From Octopus sinensis (Eukaryota): DNA of 64,000 nucleotides. The first letter of the stretch is position 1. Each line of letters begins with the position of its first letter. The notes below the pieces were generated by a model. It was not told the origin of the DNA. It saw nothing but the letters and a program-made list of their open reading frames with translations, and made no database searches. This document shows, one piece after another, positions 25,566 to 38,354 of the stretch. The stretch spans positions 10,974,001-11,038,000 of the forward strand of contig NC_043005.1 of the NCBI RefSeq assembly GCF_006345805.1, in the 5' to 3' direction. Made by a program: the position numbers and the translations under genes.

Positions 25566-27925
25566 CAAAGTGATCTTAACTACACAGTTATTCATACACA
25601 CAGGAATATTGAATCACACATTTCTTTATAAATAGTTAGCCATAAGAGAAAAGTGGTTTGACAGAAACGTTACGGTGCTGGACAAAAATACCTTAACACC
25701 TCCAGTCACGGATAAAAAAGTAAAACTATTTTAAAATTTTTATTTTTTATTTAGACCAAAATATATGTGAATAGCACATATTGAGTAAAGGTTTTAAAAT
25801 TTTCAATATTGAATATGCTTAATTTTTGGCATAGATAAATAAAAATTTTGCTAACTCTCGGTAAAAAAAATAGCAATTTACTTACATCTGTGAGATTTAC
25901 AAGATGCTCAGCCATTCTTTATGACTTGTGAGCAAGCACTGAGTCAGAACCGCGTGGTCTTGGTTATATGTGAGTTTTAGAGGTGTTCAATGAACTGATA
26001 TCTGTGACTCAACTTAATTACAATTTATATTTCTTTCGTAATGCATGCTGAAAAATTATCCAATACATTGGACAAAGTGACTGAAGTGGGTAAACTAATA
26101 TTTCCGGAGTTTTACGTTCTGAGTTCAAATGTCGGCGAAGTCCGCTTTCCTTTACATCCCTCAGGAGCCAATAAAATTAAGCACCAATCTGTCCGTGGGG
26201 CCAATAGTACCGAATGACAGAGTACTGTCAAAACTGCTGTCGTTGTGCCTAAATTAGAAACAATATTTAACATTAAAGACGGGTTTTCGTAGAATCCTTT
26301 GACTGTCGGAATTTGTTTATAGTTCTCAACATCCTGAGTTCAAATCCTTTTGAAGTAATGTTTGTCTTTCCCCATTCTCGGGATCGATGAAGTAAAGTAC
26401 CATTTAACTACTGGTGTTGATTATGTCCTTTTCTACAAATGTTTGGTCATGTACCTTGGACCGAAATGATTTGGAGGATTAAGACACACTCGTTCATCAA
26501 CCGGGGAAGGGCCTTTCACTGTCAATTTGAAGGTAAAAAGATTTCCCGACCTAATCTTCCTTAGAATTGAAAGACAGAAAAAAATAAAAGAAAGAAAGAA
26601 AACAGTTATCTATAAGCTACACATCTAGGATTCAAAATGACGGCAAAATTGTTATCTTGTTGGTAATGATTCGAATTCGAGAAAGTCAATTTCGCAATTC
26701 TTGCCCGTACAACCTGCACAAATGATTTGTTTATAGTGATCAAACGTATGTGTGACACATTAGCTCACTCCCTCAATCAAATCGACGTTACCTGAACAGG
26801 TGTACTACACGTCAGGTGTCGATATGATTGCAGAGCAGCGTGAAATGAAAATGAACCCAGGCCCAACATTGTATGTATGACGGGAAAAGAAAAGATTAAA
26901 AAGAAAATAGAAGAGTATCAATGGTGTGACAGAGGAAAGATCAGGTATGCATTAATTGGAAAAGGACGAATGGACGAGTTTATGGTAATGTGTGAAAGGG
27001 AGGATTGGGAAGTAAGTGAAGTGAGAATGGTCGAAAAAATCATGAGGGATTTGGAAGAGACGTTTGAGAGAAGGATGGAGATGGGAGGATTTTGTATAGG
27101 AACTGAACAAGGAGCATTTGTGTGGGATTAACAACTAAAGGACAGGTAAGTGATGCTAGCGGATGGGGCCGTTAGCATCACTTTCATAATATCATTTTCA
27201 AAATTCATCTTTCATTCTTTGTGGTCGTGATGTTCTATGTCCCCAATGTTTGTAGTGTCCCCCTCTGTGTGGCCCCTCGTGGGTAATAAAGAAAAAGAAG
27301 TGTTTTGCTAAAAAAAGAAAAAAAAAATTCACCGCCTGGTTCGCAAAGCGAAAGTACGAAACCGCTCCCACCCACAAATAAACTTAACGTACCTTTAACT
27401 ACAGCAAACACAATCTATAAAGTGTCTGCACTGGGTGGTCCGAGAACTAATTTAGCAGATTATCTTATCATGGTAGACTAGAAGGAAAATTCGACCGCCA
27501 CGTGATTTTCTCAGTGAGTCATTATACACCATTCAAGATAAAAAAAAAACAAAACAAAAAGAAAGAAAGAAAAGAAACAGCGAAACAATAATTAGAATAT
27601 TGATAAGTAATTGTCCCATTTATTACATGGTGCTGTCGTAGCTGTGTAGCTACGCAGTTCGCCTTGTAACAACGTCATTCCCAATACGATCCTACTGTAC
27701 GGTATATTGAGCAGGCATGAGTTGACAATCACCCCGGAATTAGGTGGACTTAGGCAAACAAAACCTGTGGGAAGAATCCCGTCGTGCTCGCACACGTGCG
27801 TGTGCATGTGTGTGTGTGTGTGTGTGTTTATATATACGTACTATATGTGTTATACGTGCAGTATGTATGTACACACATGCAGTATGTATATACACATATA
27901 CATTCATATACACACAATATATATG

Positions 27926-27959
<34 letters not shown>

Positions 27960-27973
27960 ATATATATAATATA

Positions 27974-28539
27974 CAGGGTGTCCCCAAAAATGTATACGCA
28001 TTTTAGCAGCTGATAACTCAATTATTTATTCTTTCTTTATAGACTGAACCCATTGAACCGAGTGATGGCAGCCAGACTTGACTTTGAAGAAAGGAAATTT
28101 ATTCTAAAATGCTACTGGAAGTATGAAAACGCAGTAGAAGTGCAAAGACAATTTAGGAGGGAGTTTAACAAAGAACCACCAACACGAGTTACCATCACTC
28201 GAATTAGAGATAAGTTTGAAGCTGATGGAACTGTTCAGGACGTCCATAAGAAGCGTTCCGGAAGACCACGTACATCGACAAGCCCCACAAAAGAAGAAAG
28301 ATTACTGGAAACTTTTCAACGAAGTTCAAGAAAGTCTTTGTGGCAAGCTAGTCGTGAGATAGGCATTTCAAAATCATCTGTCCATCGCATCATGAAACGT
28401 TGTCAATGGAGATGAACATGCGATAACAAGACAATAGAATAATATTTGTAAATTCTTTTACATGTTGAAAATTATTCGAATTATAATAAACCCCAAATTT
28501 ACAATTATTTAAGGTGTGTATACATTTTTTTGGGACACC

Positions 28540-28542
<3 letters not shown>
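27974..28542 (+). mobile_element. Tc1/mariner-superfamily internal-deletion derivative
   Basis: TA|cagggtgtccccaaaaatgtatac ... gtatacatttttttgggacaccctg|TA: imperfect TIRs with a TA target. Confidence 0.9.
28065..28415 (+). CDS. Truncated transposase: N-terminal HTH DNA-binding region only (DUF4817-like)
   Basis: [19 protein letters not shown]...VQRQFRREF...[20 protein letters not shown]...RSGRPRT...[21 protein letters not shown]; the catalytic domain is absent. Confidence 0.7.
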   Translation: MAARLDFEERKFILKCYWKYENAVEVQRQFRREFNKEPPTRVTITRIRDKFEADGTVQDVHKKRSGRPRTSTSPTKEERLLETFQRSSRKSLWQASREIGISKSSVHRIMKRCQWR

Positions 28543-28592
<50 letters not shown>

Positions 28593-28843
28593 GACACTAA
28601 ATATGTGTGTGCATGTATGTTTGTTCGTTCGAAGCACTAACTCTCCATAAATTTTATGTCTTTAAAATTTTTATGTTTTATAAAGGTTTCTTACCTTGTC
28701 GTTAAAAGGTCGAAATAGGGAGTAATAAACAGTCGACAATTGAAGAGGAGTAAGACTTCTTTTGCTATTTTGTTCTGTACTTGTCTCTCATTATATGTTT
28801 ACGTATTTTTCACTCGTTGGTAATCTCCCGTACTTTAATGTAT

Positions 28844-28875
<32 letters not shown>

Positions 28876-28927
28876 CATACATACATACATACATACATAC
28901 ATACATACACACATATATATATATATA

Positions 28928-29084
28928 TATAATCAAAATAAGCAACAAGAATATCTTCGGTAATTTTGGTACGATCGTTTCACGCTACATCATTTTATTA
29001 AATGTATGTAAAATACATTGTAAGTAAGCATGAAACGATCGTATCAAATTACCGAAGATATTCTTGTTGCTTATTTTGATTATA
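28928..29084. repeat. Inverted repeat (about 58-bp arms, 40-bp spacer) next to (TA)n
   Basis: Arms 28928-28986 and 29027-29084; each contains GAAA-cgatcg-TA. Confidence 0.85.
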
Positions 29085-29814
29085 ATCACCCCATGGATTT
29101 ATATGGATAAAACCATACTAAATTCTGGTGCATCTAACTTAAGTACCATATTCATTTGAATCTAAATTTTGCTGAAATTATATATATATATATATATAAA
29201 TATATATATAGAGAGAGAGAAAGAGAGAGAGAGAGACAAACACGCATACACAAACACACACACATATACGCATATACACACAGGTGCGGACACTCAAAAG
29301 AAAACATCAAACCCAAAAGAAAATCCTAATTCTTTCTTCAACAAGACATTCATCACAATATACACACCCATCAACACACAGCTGGTCACATATTGAAAGG
29401 ACATTCAACACAATATACACGCACACGTAGGTGGACATAAAACCCATTCAATAAATGCTTTTAAGCTATTCCCTTGGCAGAAACCTACTGAGATTTTTCT
29501 TAGACAATAGACAACTACACACCCTCTCTTTCTCTCTAACACCTTGAACTCTTTACCAAACCATATTTAAAGAAGACTTCAACGAAAATAACTCCAGCCA
29601 TGTTTTTGACCCCCACAGAGAAGATAAGCTGTTTACACTTCAAATTTTTACTCATTTTTACTAATATTTGATAAGATGAGATTCATCATCGAAAACGGTA
29701 AAATTCTATATTTTCTTTATATAATTTTAAAATCCTTTTATTAAATTCTTTCTAAATTGAAATGTCTTAGACTTACTTCCGTGCTATTTCCACCTCCATC
29801 TTACATATAATCTT

Positions 29815-29856
<42 letters not shown>

Positions 29857-29868
29857 TATATATATATT

Positions 29869-30164
29869 GAGACCCCCTTCGGTCATGAATGACCATGGGA
29901 TTGCACCTAGAAAGTTACCCTCCTAGACACAAGTCCGGGCAAGGTTGTTTATGGAAGACCAGCAGTCGCCCATGCACACCGACCTCCCCTCTCCACGCCA
30001 CCAGTGTTATCCAAGGGAAAGACAAAGGTCGATACAGCTTGGCACCAGTGACGTCGCAACTCATTTCTACAGCTGAGTGAACTGGAGCAACGTGAAATAA
30101 AGTGTCTTGCTCAAGAACACAACACGCAGCCCGGTCCGGGATTCGAGCTCACAACCTCACGATC

Positions 30165-30166
<2 letters not shown>
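29869..30166 (-). mobile_element. SINE family D (CORE-like central segment), head truncated
   Basis: Minus strand ttcttgagcaagacactttatttcacgttgctccagttcactcagctgtagaaatgag; related copy at 60545-60696. Confidence 0.7.
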
Positions 30167-30199
<33 letters not shown>

Positions 30200-30202
<3 letters not shown>

Positions 30203-30408
30203 CGGAGTAAACACGTAAATGTGAAACAAAGTGGAAAAAAGAGTACTCAAATACCAGTGGTAGAGTAATATGTTTTATTTAAAGCAGCAGAAAATTCAAC
30301 AAAACCTGTTACTATGAGTTTCTCGTTGCCGTTCATCGGACAGTTTTTGCTAGCAACGGGAAACTCAGAGTAACAGGTTTTGTTGAATTTTCTGCTGCTT
30401 TAAATAAA
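30200..30408 (-). mobile_element. Palindromic micro-element with hammerhead motif, embedded in (TA)n
   Basis: Inverted arms 30274-30329 / 30353-30408; the HHR core spans the spacer and left arm. Confidence 0.75.
30306..30343 (-). ncRNA. Minimal type I hammerhead ribozyme motif (mutated copy)
   Basis: Minus strand ctgt-CCGATGA-a-cg(gcaa)cg-a-GAAA-ctcatag-TA-acag, with U4>C. The opposite arm preserves cgg-GAAA-ctc(a)gag-TA-acagg. Confidence 0.65.
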
Positions 30409-30409
30409 G

Positions 30410-30449
<40 letters not shown>

Positions 30450-31880
30450 CAGTTGCGGCCAAAATGTTCAGAATGGCATTGTTTTCGTCAGAAAAGTAGA
30501 TATAATTTTTTATCAAAGTAGTTTTATATTCTATAATTTTCACAGACAATAAATACGATATTATTTGTTATTGCCTGAGATTTTGGTGTAATTTGAGAGG
30601 ATAATACAAAAGTTATGGATGATTTAGTGATTTACTGCAAAACCCATGGCGGCCAAAATGATCAGAACGGTTGCTTTTACTCCGTGTTTTAGCATATTTA
30701 ACCGGCGAACTCTAATGTTTTGAATTTGTTTACGTGACGGTTCGTTTACTAAACATTAGTAAGAATATTTGCAGTGTACTTTGTTAATATAATGCCACTT
30801 ACTCCGTCACCAATTCGTCAGCAGATTATTAAGCTTCGAAGGAAGGATAATTTAAGTATTGGATCTATTGCAAAGATTGTTAACAAGTCAAAAAGTGTTG
30901 TACACGGTATTCTTAAGGTCTACGATGATTGTGGTTCGTGTGAAGCAAGAAAGTTTACAGGCAGGCCAAGGAAAACGACCAAGAGAAAAGATCGTGCTAT
31001 GGTAAAGTTGGTTAAAAAGGACAGATTTAAAACTGCTGCTGTTGTTTCTCGGAAAATGAGCATTGTATTGAGGAAAACTTTATCTCGAAAAACTGTGTCT
31101 CGTCGTTTAGTTGAACATGACCTACAAGCAAGAGCACCTGCAGTGAAGCCACTGATCAGCTCCAAGAATAAAAAGTGTCGTCTTACCTTTGCAACCGAAC
31201 ATGTGTTGTGGTCTCAAGAAAAATGGCAAACGGTGCATTTCAGTGATGAATCTAAGTTTATGTTATTTGGTTCAGATGGGAAAAGGTACGTTCGTCGAAA
31301 AGTAGGTGAAAAATTGTCGCCCAAATGCCTTAAAACTAGTGTTAAATTCGGTGGAGGAAGTGTCATGGTTTGTGGGATGATATCTGGAGATGGTGTGGGC
31401 TCTTTGGTGCGATTACATGGAAAGGTAAATGCAGGAGTTTATTAACAACTTGTAAAAGATCATGTCTTGCCTGTGCTGAGAAATTCAACTAAGCGACCAC
31501 CCATATTCATGCAGGACAATGCCCCATGTCACAAGGCTAAGGTGGTCATGATCTTCCTCAAGGCTGAAAAGGTTATTGTTATGGATTGGCCAGCTCAAAG
31601 CCCAGATCTCAATCCTATTGAAAATGTATGGAATATTCTAGGAGAACGTTCGAAAGCCAGAAATCCTAAAATAACTGAGCAATTATGGAATGCCCTTCAG
31701 GAAAAATGGAATAAGATCACCCAGCAAGAAATTGAAAATTTAATTTCTTCATGCAGTCGAAGATGTCAGAGTGTGATTGAAGCTAAAGGGCTTCACACTA
31801 AATATTAAATAATTCCAGTATTCTCTGTCATTTTTGATTATTTTGTTATTTTTTAATTTGTAAACATTCTATGAATTTAT
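30450..31880 (+). mobile_element. Tc1-like IR/DR element, right end missing
   Basis: TA|cagttgcggccaaaatgttcagaatgg with inner direct repeat gcggccaaaatgatcagaacgg (30649-30670); no inverted copy found downstream; ends in (TA)n. Confidence 0.9.
30792..31808 (+). pseudogene. Tc1 DD34E transposase, 338 codons with a single in-frame stop at 31443-31445
   Basis: GRPRKT, FSDESKF, VKFGGGSVMVCG, FMQDNAPCH, WPAQSPDLNPIENVW; 34 residues between D and E; the two listed ORFs share one frame. Confidence 0.95.
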
Positions 31881-32134
31881 ATATATATATATTTGTGTGT
31901 AATGAGATAAAAAAAACCAAGGCTGTATAGATATTAGAGCATTTATAGATAGAAGGTCTTACAGTTGTTCCTAGAATATAAATCAATAAATAATTAATAC
32001 ACACGCTGACATAGAACCAATGTTGAACCCTTTATTCGCAATATTACCGAACCTGGAACTTAACTATGGTCTATCTATAGCACTTATTCAGCATTACCTG
32101 ACGCCTTTGGGTCTCAATGACACCATTAGCTCTT

Positions 32135-32169
<35 letters not shown>

Positions 32170-32405
32170 CAACTAATAAGGGTGAGAGAATTAGATACTA
32201 ATTTAATAGTATATCCATTTAACACCAAGTGGCTTAGTGCATAAAAACGCGGAATTCAATAAATTTTATATATAAATATAAGAGAGTAACCACCATGTGG
32301 TCGACTCTAGCACAAAAAACAGATCCGCTAGGTTTCAGCCACAAAGAATTGTTTCCGATGAAAGTTAGCACGACTACTAGCGCAAACGATATATATATAT
32401 ATATA

Positions 32406-32632
32406 TATAACAATTTAGGAGTGACCCTTAACAGGCCATTCGTCCACCAGAAAGAGCAGCCATAACTCACACCGCCAAGTAGTAGTAATTCAGAAATTAG
32501 GTGAAAATTTAAAAACATTTACCCTAATTCATCTTTTAGCCGATGCATCGTTTCTGTGTTATTAATGATTAAATTAGCTTAATTTAACAGGTGGACGAAT
32601 GGCCTGTTAAGGGTCACTCCTAAATTGTTATA
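32406..32632. repeat. Inverted repeat (43-bp arms) in (TA)n context
   Basis: tataacaatttaggagtgacccttaacaggccattcgtccacc (32406-32448) and its reverse complement (32590-32632). Confidence 0.85.
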
Positions 32633-32721
32633 TTTATATATTAGTCTTTGACTTTTTCTTTTTTCCACTAGGCCGCTGGTAGCGATAAATTTCTATTGAA
32701 TTTTTTGCTACCCTAAATTGA

Positions 32722-32765
<44 letters not shown>

Positions 32766-32785
32766 TATATATATATAATATATAT

Positions 32786-32844
<59 letters not shown>

Positions 32845-33088
32845 GTAGAGTAGATGAAGCCATAGCGACTGAAGAAGGGTTTTTTTCTTTGTGTTAATTG
32901 TCCTGTACTCCATGTTTTTGTTGTTTTTAAAAAAATGTCCAGTTCCTTTGGTTTGTGTCTATGTTTTCGTTTCTCTTTGTGTTCGACGTCCCTTGGTGTC
33001 CTGTACTCATATATGCGTGTATATGTACATGTAGAGGTAGGTACGTACATATATGTTTATATATATATGCATATGTTTTTTGTTTCAT

Positions 33089-33132
<44 letters not shown>

Positions 33133-33975
33133 ATATATATATACACATATATATATACATGTATGTATGTATGTTTGTAAGTATCAATATACATGCGCAC
33201 ACAAATATACTGACATAATATCATTCAGAATAAAATAAATGAGATCTAATTGAAACGTGACCCTTCTGAGGAGCAACAACAGTGAAACGCTTTCAGCGGA
33301 TTGGAACTTATAATTTGAAGTTTATTTCTTAAAACAACAAAATTTAGTTGTATATTATTTTCTTTATTTTGCCATCTGTCAACAGAGAAAATAGATTTCG
33401 ACGTGTCTTGGTATTTTAAAACCTCAAGAATGCAGTATTTTATAGTTTGAAAATATAGCTTAAATATATATTTCAAGCATAGCTTCGGTTTACATTAACA
33501 TGTTTTTGAAAAATTTATATCGGTAAGTCAATAAGACGTTTATGTTGTAGAAATGTTATGAAAAATGCTCATTACTACTTTTATGTTATCATGTCAACGG
33601 GATAATTTATGTCGTTATGTTATATATATATGAAAGATAGATGGTTGAGATACTAAGAAAATTCAGTTAAACGAATTCATATTTACAGGCGGTAATTCTG
33701 TTGGGATTTGATTGAAGTAGAGGTTAACTGCTGTCAATGGAACGAAATAATACCCAATACATGATTTGCTGCGAGAAGAAAAGAAAAATAAAAGACATCA
33801 GAAGCAACGATAAACTTGCTTATATCGAGCGAGTTACAGCAAATGAGTCAGAGAAAGAGAAGAGATTCAGTCACCCTGATAGATCATTAATCTCTCATTG
33901 GTCAAAACAACATACGTGACAAGAGTGAATTATAGTCCTATATACATTATCTACTCGCTGCTATTTAAGCTAATA

Positions 33976-34380
33976 TTGGGTTGTCCGGAAAGTTCGTGCC
34001 GATTTACAGTAGCTTACCTTTCGACTTATTTTAGAACATGGTTGAGTCCATAAAATAGGATTTGACTACACCTCCATTTAGAGCACAGTTTAAGCTATCT
34101 TTTTCGTGGAAGAAGGTTTATGTTCGTATAACCTGTGTTAATTCTGTAACCCTTTAAAATAGAAGATAAGAAAGTTCATTTTCGGCACTTGGTGCTTTGA
34201 GAATCAGACAAAAATTGCTGCAGCTCGGCTGGGATGTGTTACCCCACCCTCCATATTCACCAGATATTACTCCTTCGGATTTCCACTTATTCAGGTCTCT
34301 GCAGAATAGTCTTAATGGTAAAAATTTCATTTCCTTGGATGATGTAAAAAGATACCTTGATGAATTCTTTGCCATGAAAT
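33976..34380 (+). mobile_element. Internally deleted mariner relic, 3' end replaced by a SINE
   Basis: TA|ttgggttgtccggaaagttcgtgccgattt TIR; decayed start (I)EDKKVHFRHL joined to RQKLLQLGWDVLPHPPYSPDITPSDFHLFRSLQNSL. Confidence 0.9.
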
Positions 34381-34382
34381 CG

Positions 34383-34717
34383 CGAAAGGATGAAAGGCAA
34401 AGTCGACCTCGGCGGAACTTGAACTCAGAACGTAAAGACAGACGAAATACAGCTAAGCATTTCGCCCGGCGTGCTAACGTTTCTTATTTCTTTACTGCCC
34501 ACAAGGGGCTAAACACAGAGAGGACAAACAAGGACAGACAAACGGATTAAGTCGATTATATCAACCCCAGTGCGTAACTGGTACTTATTTAATCGAACTC
34601 GAAAGGATGAAAGACAAATTCGACCACGGCGGAATTTGAACTTAGAACATAGCGGCAGGCGAAATACCGCTGAGCCCTTCGTCCGGCGTTCTAACGTTTC
34701 TGCCAGCTCGCCGCCTT
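34383..34717 (-). mobile_element. Two adjacent SINE family A copies
   Basis: The body motif occurs twice. Confidence 0.85.
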
Positions 34718-35999
34718 GAAACAAAGGAAATGTTGGCGGAATTCTGCTTTATGCATGACATATGACTCTTCATAACATTTTTATGTTTTGGAAATTTCAA
34801 AAGAATTTTGCATATTTGTATTCAACACATGGCAATTCATACGATTATGCAAAAAAAAAAAAAAAGAGAAAAATGTTGGTGCTTGATTTAAGACCTATTT
34901 AGCTTTTATTTTTAGCATATTTCACAACCACGATTTAATAAGCCAAAAATGACCGCGTGAGTAAATAGCTTGGGAACAGTTTGGCTTGCTACTATGGAAA
35001 CAAAAACGAATGTGTTTGTGACTTATGATTGGCTAAAATTACCCAAAATTTGCAATCTTTGGAAGCTATTAACTCTTTAGTTATTGATTTTGGGCGAAAA
35101 TGTATTTCATGTAAAAGATTGGCATACAAAACTACATCCTTACACCTAATATGGAATCAATTGGAACAGAAATTGAAGAAATTGGAAAGTGGCAGTCAAA
35201 CAGAAAAAAACCCCAAAGACGGGACAACCCCTGACTGGACAGCCTCTGATCATACCTCAGTTTGCTCGATCAGAGCTGGCCTATGATTAAACACCATAAA
35301 TGCGGATAAAAATGCCTTAAACATCTCAACATCGCAAATCAATTGTCAAATGCATTTGATTGGTGTAGTGGACCAATATAAAAATGACCAAGTCGACTTT
35401 GTTTTTCATCTTTTCTAGTTTCGATTGTATAAATATCAGTTGAAGTTAAATGTGTCGAAACCATCGGCTGTTTTCTCCCACTCTAAAATATGTGATCTTG
35501 TGTATTAGGGATTGTTTCCTTTAACAACCACAAAGACACAATCACTTCCCGTATCAACAAAACAACTCATTCTTAAACATGAACAACATGCAGCTAGAAT
35601 CCTCAAAATCGCATTACAGGTTATGCTTATTTAGCTATAGATCAGCCCTGATCGTTCAGTCAGCCAATCAGTGACTATTCCGTCTTTTTCTCTATGTACA
35701 AGGAAACCAGTATCATATTATCCAAGGTGACCGTTTACAAGACGGTGAGCTGTGATTCGAGGAGATTTGGCTGCTCTATCTAGCCGATTGAGAAATCGCG
35801 TAGAAGCTCCTTTGTTGGTTCAACCATCACTAAGGATCTTTCCTGACGACTATACATCGCCGATACAGCAAGGCCTGAATCACAAAGGCTCTGGTCAATC
35901 TTTTCAGAATAGAAAATAATCCAGCCTCCAACAACTACTAATCCTTTACAATACTCAAGCGAATCTCACAAAGGGTTCTGCTTTCACATGCCAGACAAT

Positions 36000-36420
36000 A
36001 CTACTGCTACACATTTATACAACTCAGACCACTTACCCCCAGAAGACCACTTGATTGATGGGCATGAAGTCATTCACCGAAGCACTCCAAACTATTACCC
36101 ATCAGGTGCTGTCTCCTCCCACTGTCGCTTCCACCACTACTACAATGGTCTCTGCTTTTCGGAGCTAGCTGGGGTCGAAGCATATCCATTAAGGTCCTCA
36201 CGACTCTTCTCTCCACCTCTCATCACCCACAACGTGTCCATTTCATTTGGCCTCGCAACAAGTACTTCATCCCGTCCTTCCTTCTGAAACCATCGCTTTG
36301 TAATTCTCTCTCTGGTCACATTTTCTCAGCATCCATCAAAGAAGGATATCGAACAAATAGATATCATCTGCTTCAGAGGGTTTACAAAGGCAATGGATAC
36401 CTCCTCTCTGGCAGACCAAA
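36000..36420 (-). mobile_element. Degenerate RTE-type LINE 3' coding fragment
   Basis: Minus translation GQMKWTRCG**EVERRVVRTLMDM resembles the RLRWFGHV.RM...RVVRR C-terminal motif. Confidence 0.4.
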
Positions 36421-36679
36421 TCATTTAAAACAAAGGAACAGTGATTGGCACAATCTGTACAACTTCAGTTAAAATGTGATATTTACTTATAACCTTTTTA
36501 CGGTTTAGTGTTGAAACCCAACCACGAATGATTCCCAGGGTCAATATAATAAAGTACAGGTGACGATAACAGCAGCTGTTCTTTTCCTGCCTTTAAATAT
36601 GAGATCTTCTATTTATGTATAAAGGCAATAATACAGACTCTCTTTAAGTTTGGGAGATGACAAAACAATGAGAGAAACT

Positions 36680-36940
36680 TTCTCTAGCCTTCTCCTCCTC
36701 CTCCTCCTCCTCCTTCTTCTTCTTCTTCTTCTTCTTCTTCTTCTTCTTCTTCTTCTCCTTCTTTATCTCCTCCTCCCCTCCTTCTTTCTTTCTTCTTCTT
36801 CTCCTTCTTTATCTCCTCCTCCCCTCCTTCTTTCTCTTCTTCTTCTTCTTCTCCTTCTTTATCTCCTCCTCCCCTCCTTCTTCCTCTTCCTCTTCTTCTT
36901 CTTCCTCTTCTTCTTCTTCTCTTCTTCTTCTTCTTCTTCA
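36680..36940. repeat. (CTT/CCT)n polypyrimidine tract
   Basis: Direct inspection. Confidence 0.95.
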
Positions 36941-37237
36941 CAGCTTTATTATTTCTTTACTTTATTTTATGGCTTCTTTCTTTTCCTCCTTTCTTTTCTT
37001 TTCTTTTCTTTCTTCCTGCCCCATCCCCCTTCTCTCTTCTCCCTTACCGATACAATTTGAAACTGCTAATGTTATTTGTTATTCAATTACTGAATTGAGT
37101 TCATTAATTCATTTTGGATGTTCAGTTGCTGAGTTGATTTTCTCTTTTCTGTTTTATATTATGTTTATTCTTTAATAAACCCCATCTGGCTGGAAAATGG
37201 AGATTTTCAGTGGTCCAGTTGTTTCCGTAGTATTACC

Positions 37238-37470
37238 AATTTCTTTACTACCCACAAGGGGCTAAACACAGAGGGGACAAACAAGGACAGACAAACGGAT
37301 TAAGTCGATTACATCGATCCCAGTGCGTAACTGGTACTTAATTTATCAACCCCGAAAGAATGAAAGGTAAAGTCGACCGCGGCAGAATTTGAACTCAGAA
37401 CGTAGCGACAGACGAAATACGGCTAAGCATTTCGCCTGGCGTGCTAACGATTCTGCCAGCTCGCCGCCTT
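37238..37470 (-). mobile_element. SINE family A with 16-bp TSD
   Basis: tttccgtagtattacc at 37222-37237 and 37471-37486. Confidence 0.92.
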
Positions 37471-37994
37471 TTTCCGTAGTATTACCGTCTGGCAGTTCTA
37501 GAAAAATGCTACAACCATACAAAGACTCCTTTAATCGTGGAATAGTATCTTCTTTACAGCTTCCTTTATTTCATTTATAACTAAATATTAATTTTATTAA
37601 TAATAATTTCATAAAATTTCAACTATTGACTTCATAATATTCTTTTCTACTCTAGGCACAAGGCCCTAAATTTTTAGGGAGGGGTCCAGTCAGTTAACTC
37701 GACCCTAGTACGCAACTGGTACTTAATTTATCGATCCCCAAAGGATAAAAGGCAAAGTCGACCTCAGCGGAGCTTGAACTCAGAACATAAATTTGACTTC
37801 ATGATATTGGATTGGCTAAAACGTCCGTCCGGTTTTTCTTGACAGTAAACTTCAAGACTGACCCTTGCGACGTGAACTTACGATGAGACAGGTTATATTT
37901 TATGTGCTTCGTATCATCCTGAAAGTGGAGAACAAAACAAATATTATCGACACCTTATGCTTTCTTTTTTTTCATTTTAAAAAGAGATAAGAAA

Positions 37995-38260
37995 GCGGCG
38001 AATAACCGAAGGGAGGTATGCGCTGTGTACGGAGAGGGTACTATTATCATCAGCATCATCATTGTTCGACCGTGGTCGAGACAATGGAATTTACCATGCT
38101 ACGCCAGACTTCACGGTCCATCATGGCATTACGGAGGTCCTGTTGCTGGATGCCTGTATCCCTGGAGATTACATCAGGGTACCAGAGGGCGCACTATTAT
38201 GGAACGAGTGTACTGAAAGTGGTTTTCATGATTTCGATCGAGAAATTTTCTGGTTCAAAG
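37995..38260 (+). mobile_element. Degenerate R1/LOA/I-group-like LINE RT fragment
   Basis: Frameshifted RREVCAV ... EITSG/VPEG ... LLWN, resembling T.GVPQGSVLGP.LWN. Confidence 0.45.
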
Positions 38261-38354
38261 TGCACCTTGCTCTGGCCGGTCAAATCAGATTAACAGCAAC
38301 ACCAAAGCCCGTTATACGCCCAGGATGATCGTAGACACTTTCCAAATATGCAAA

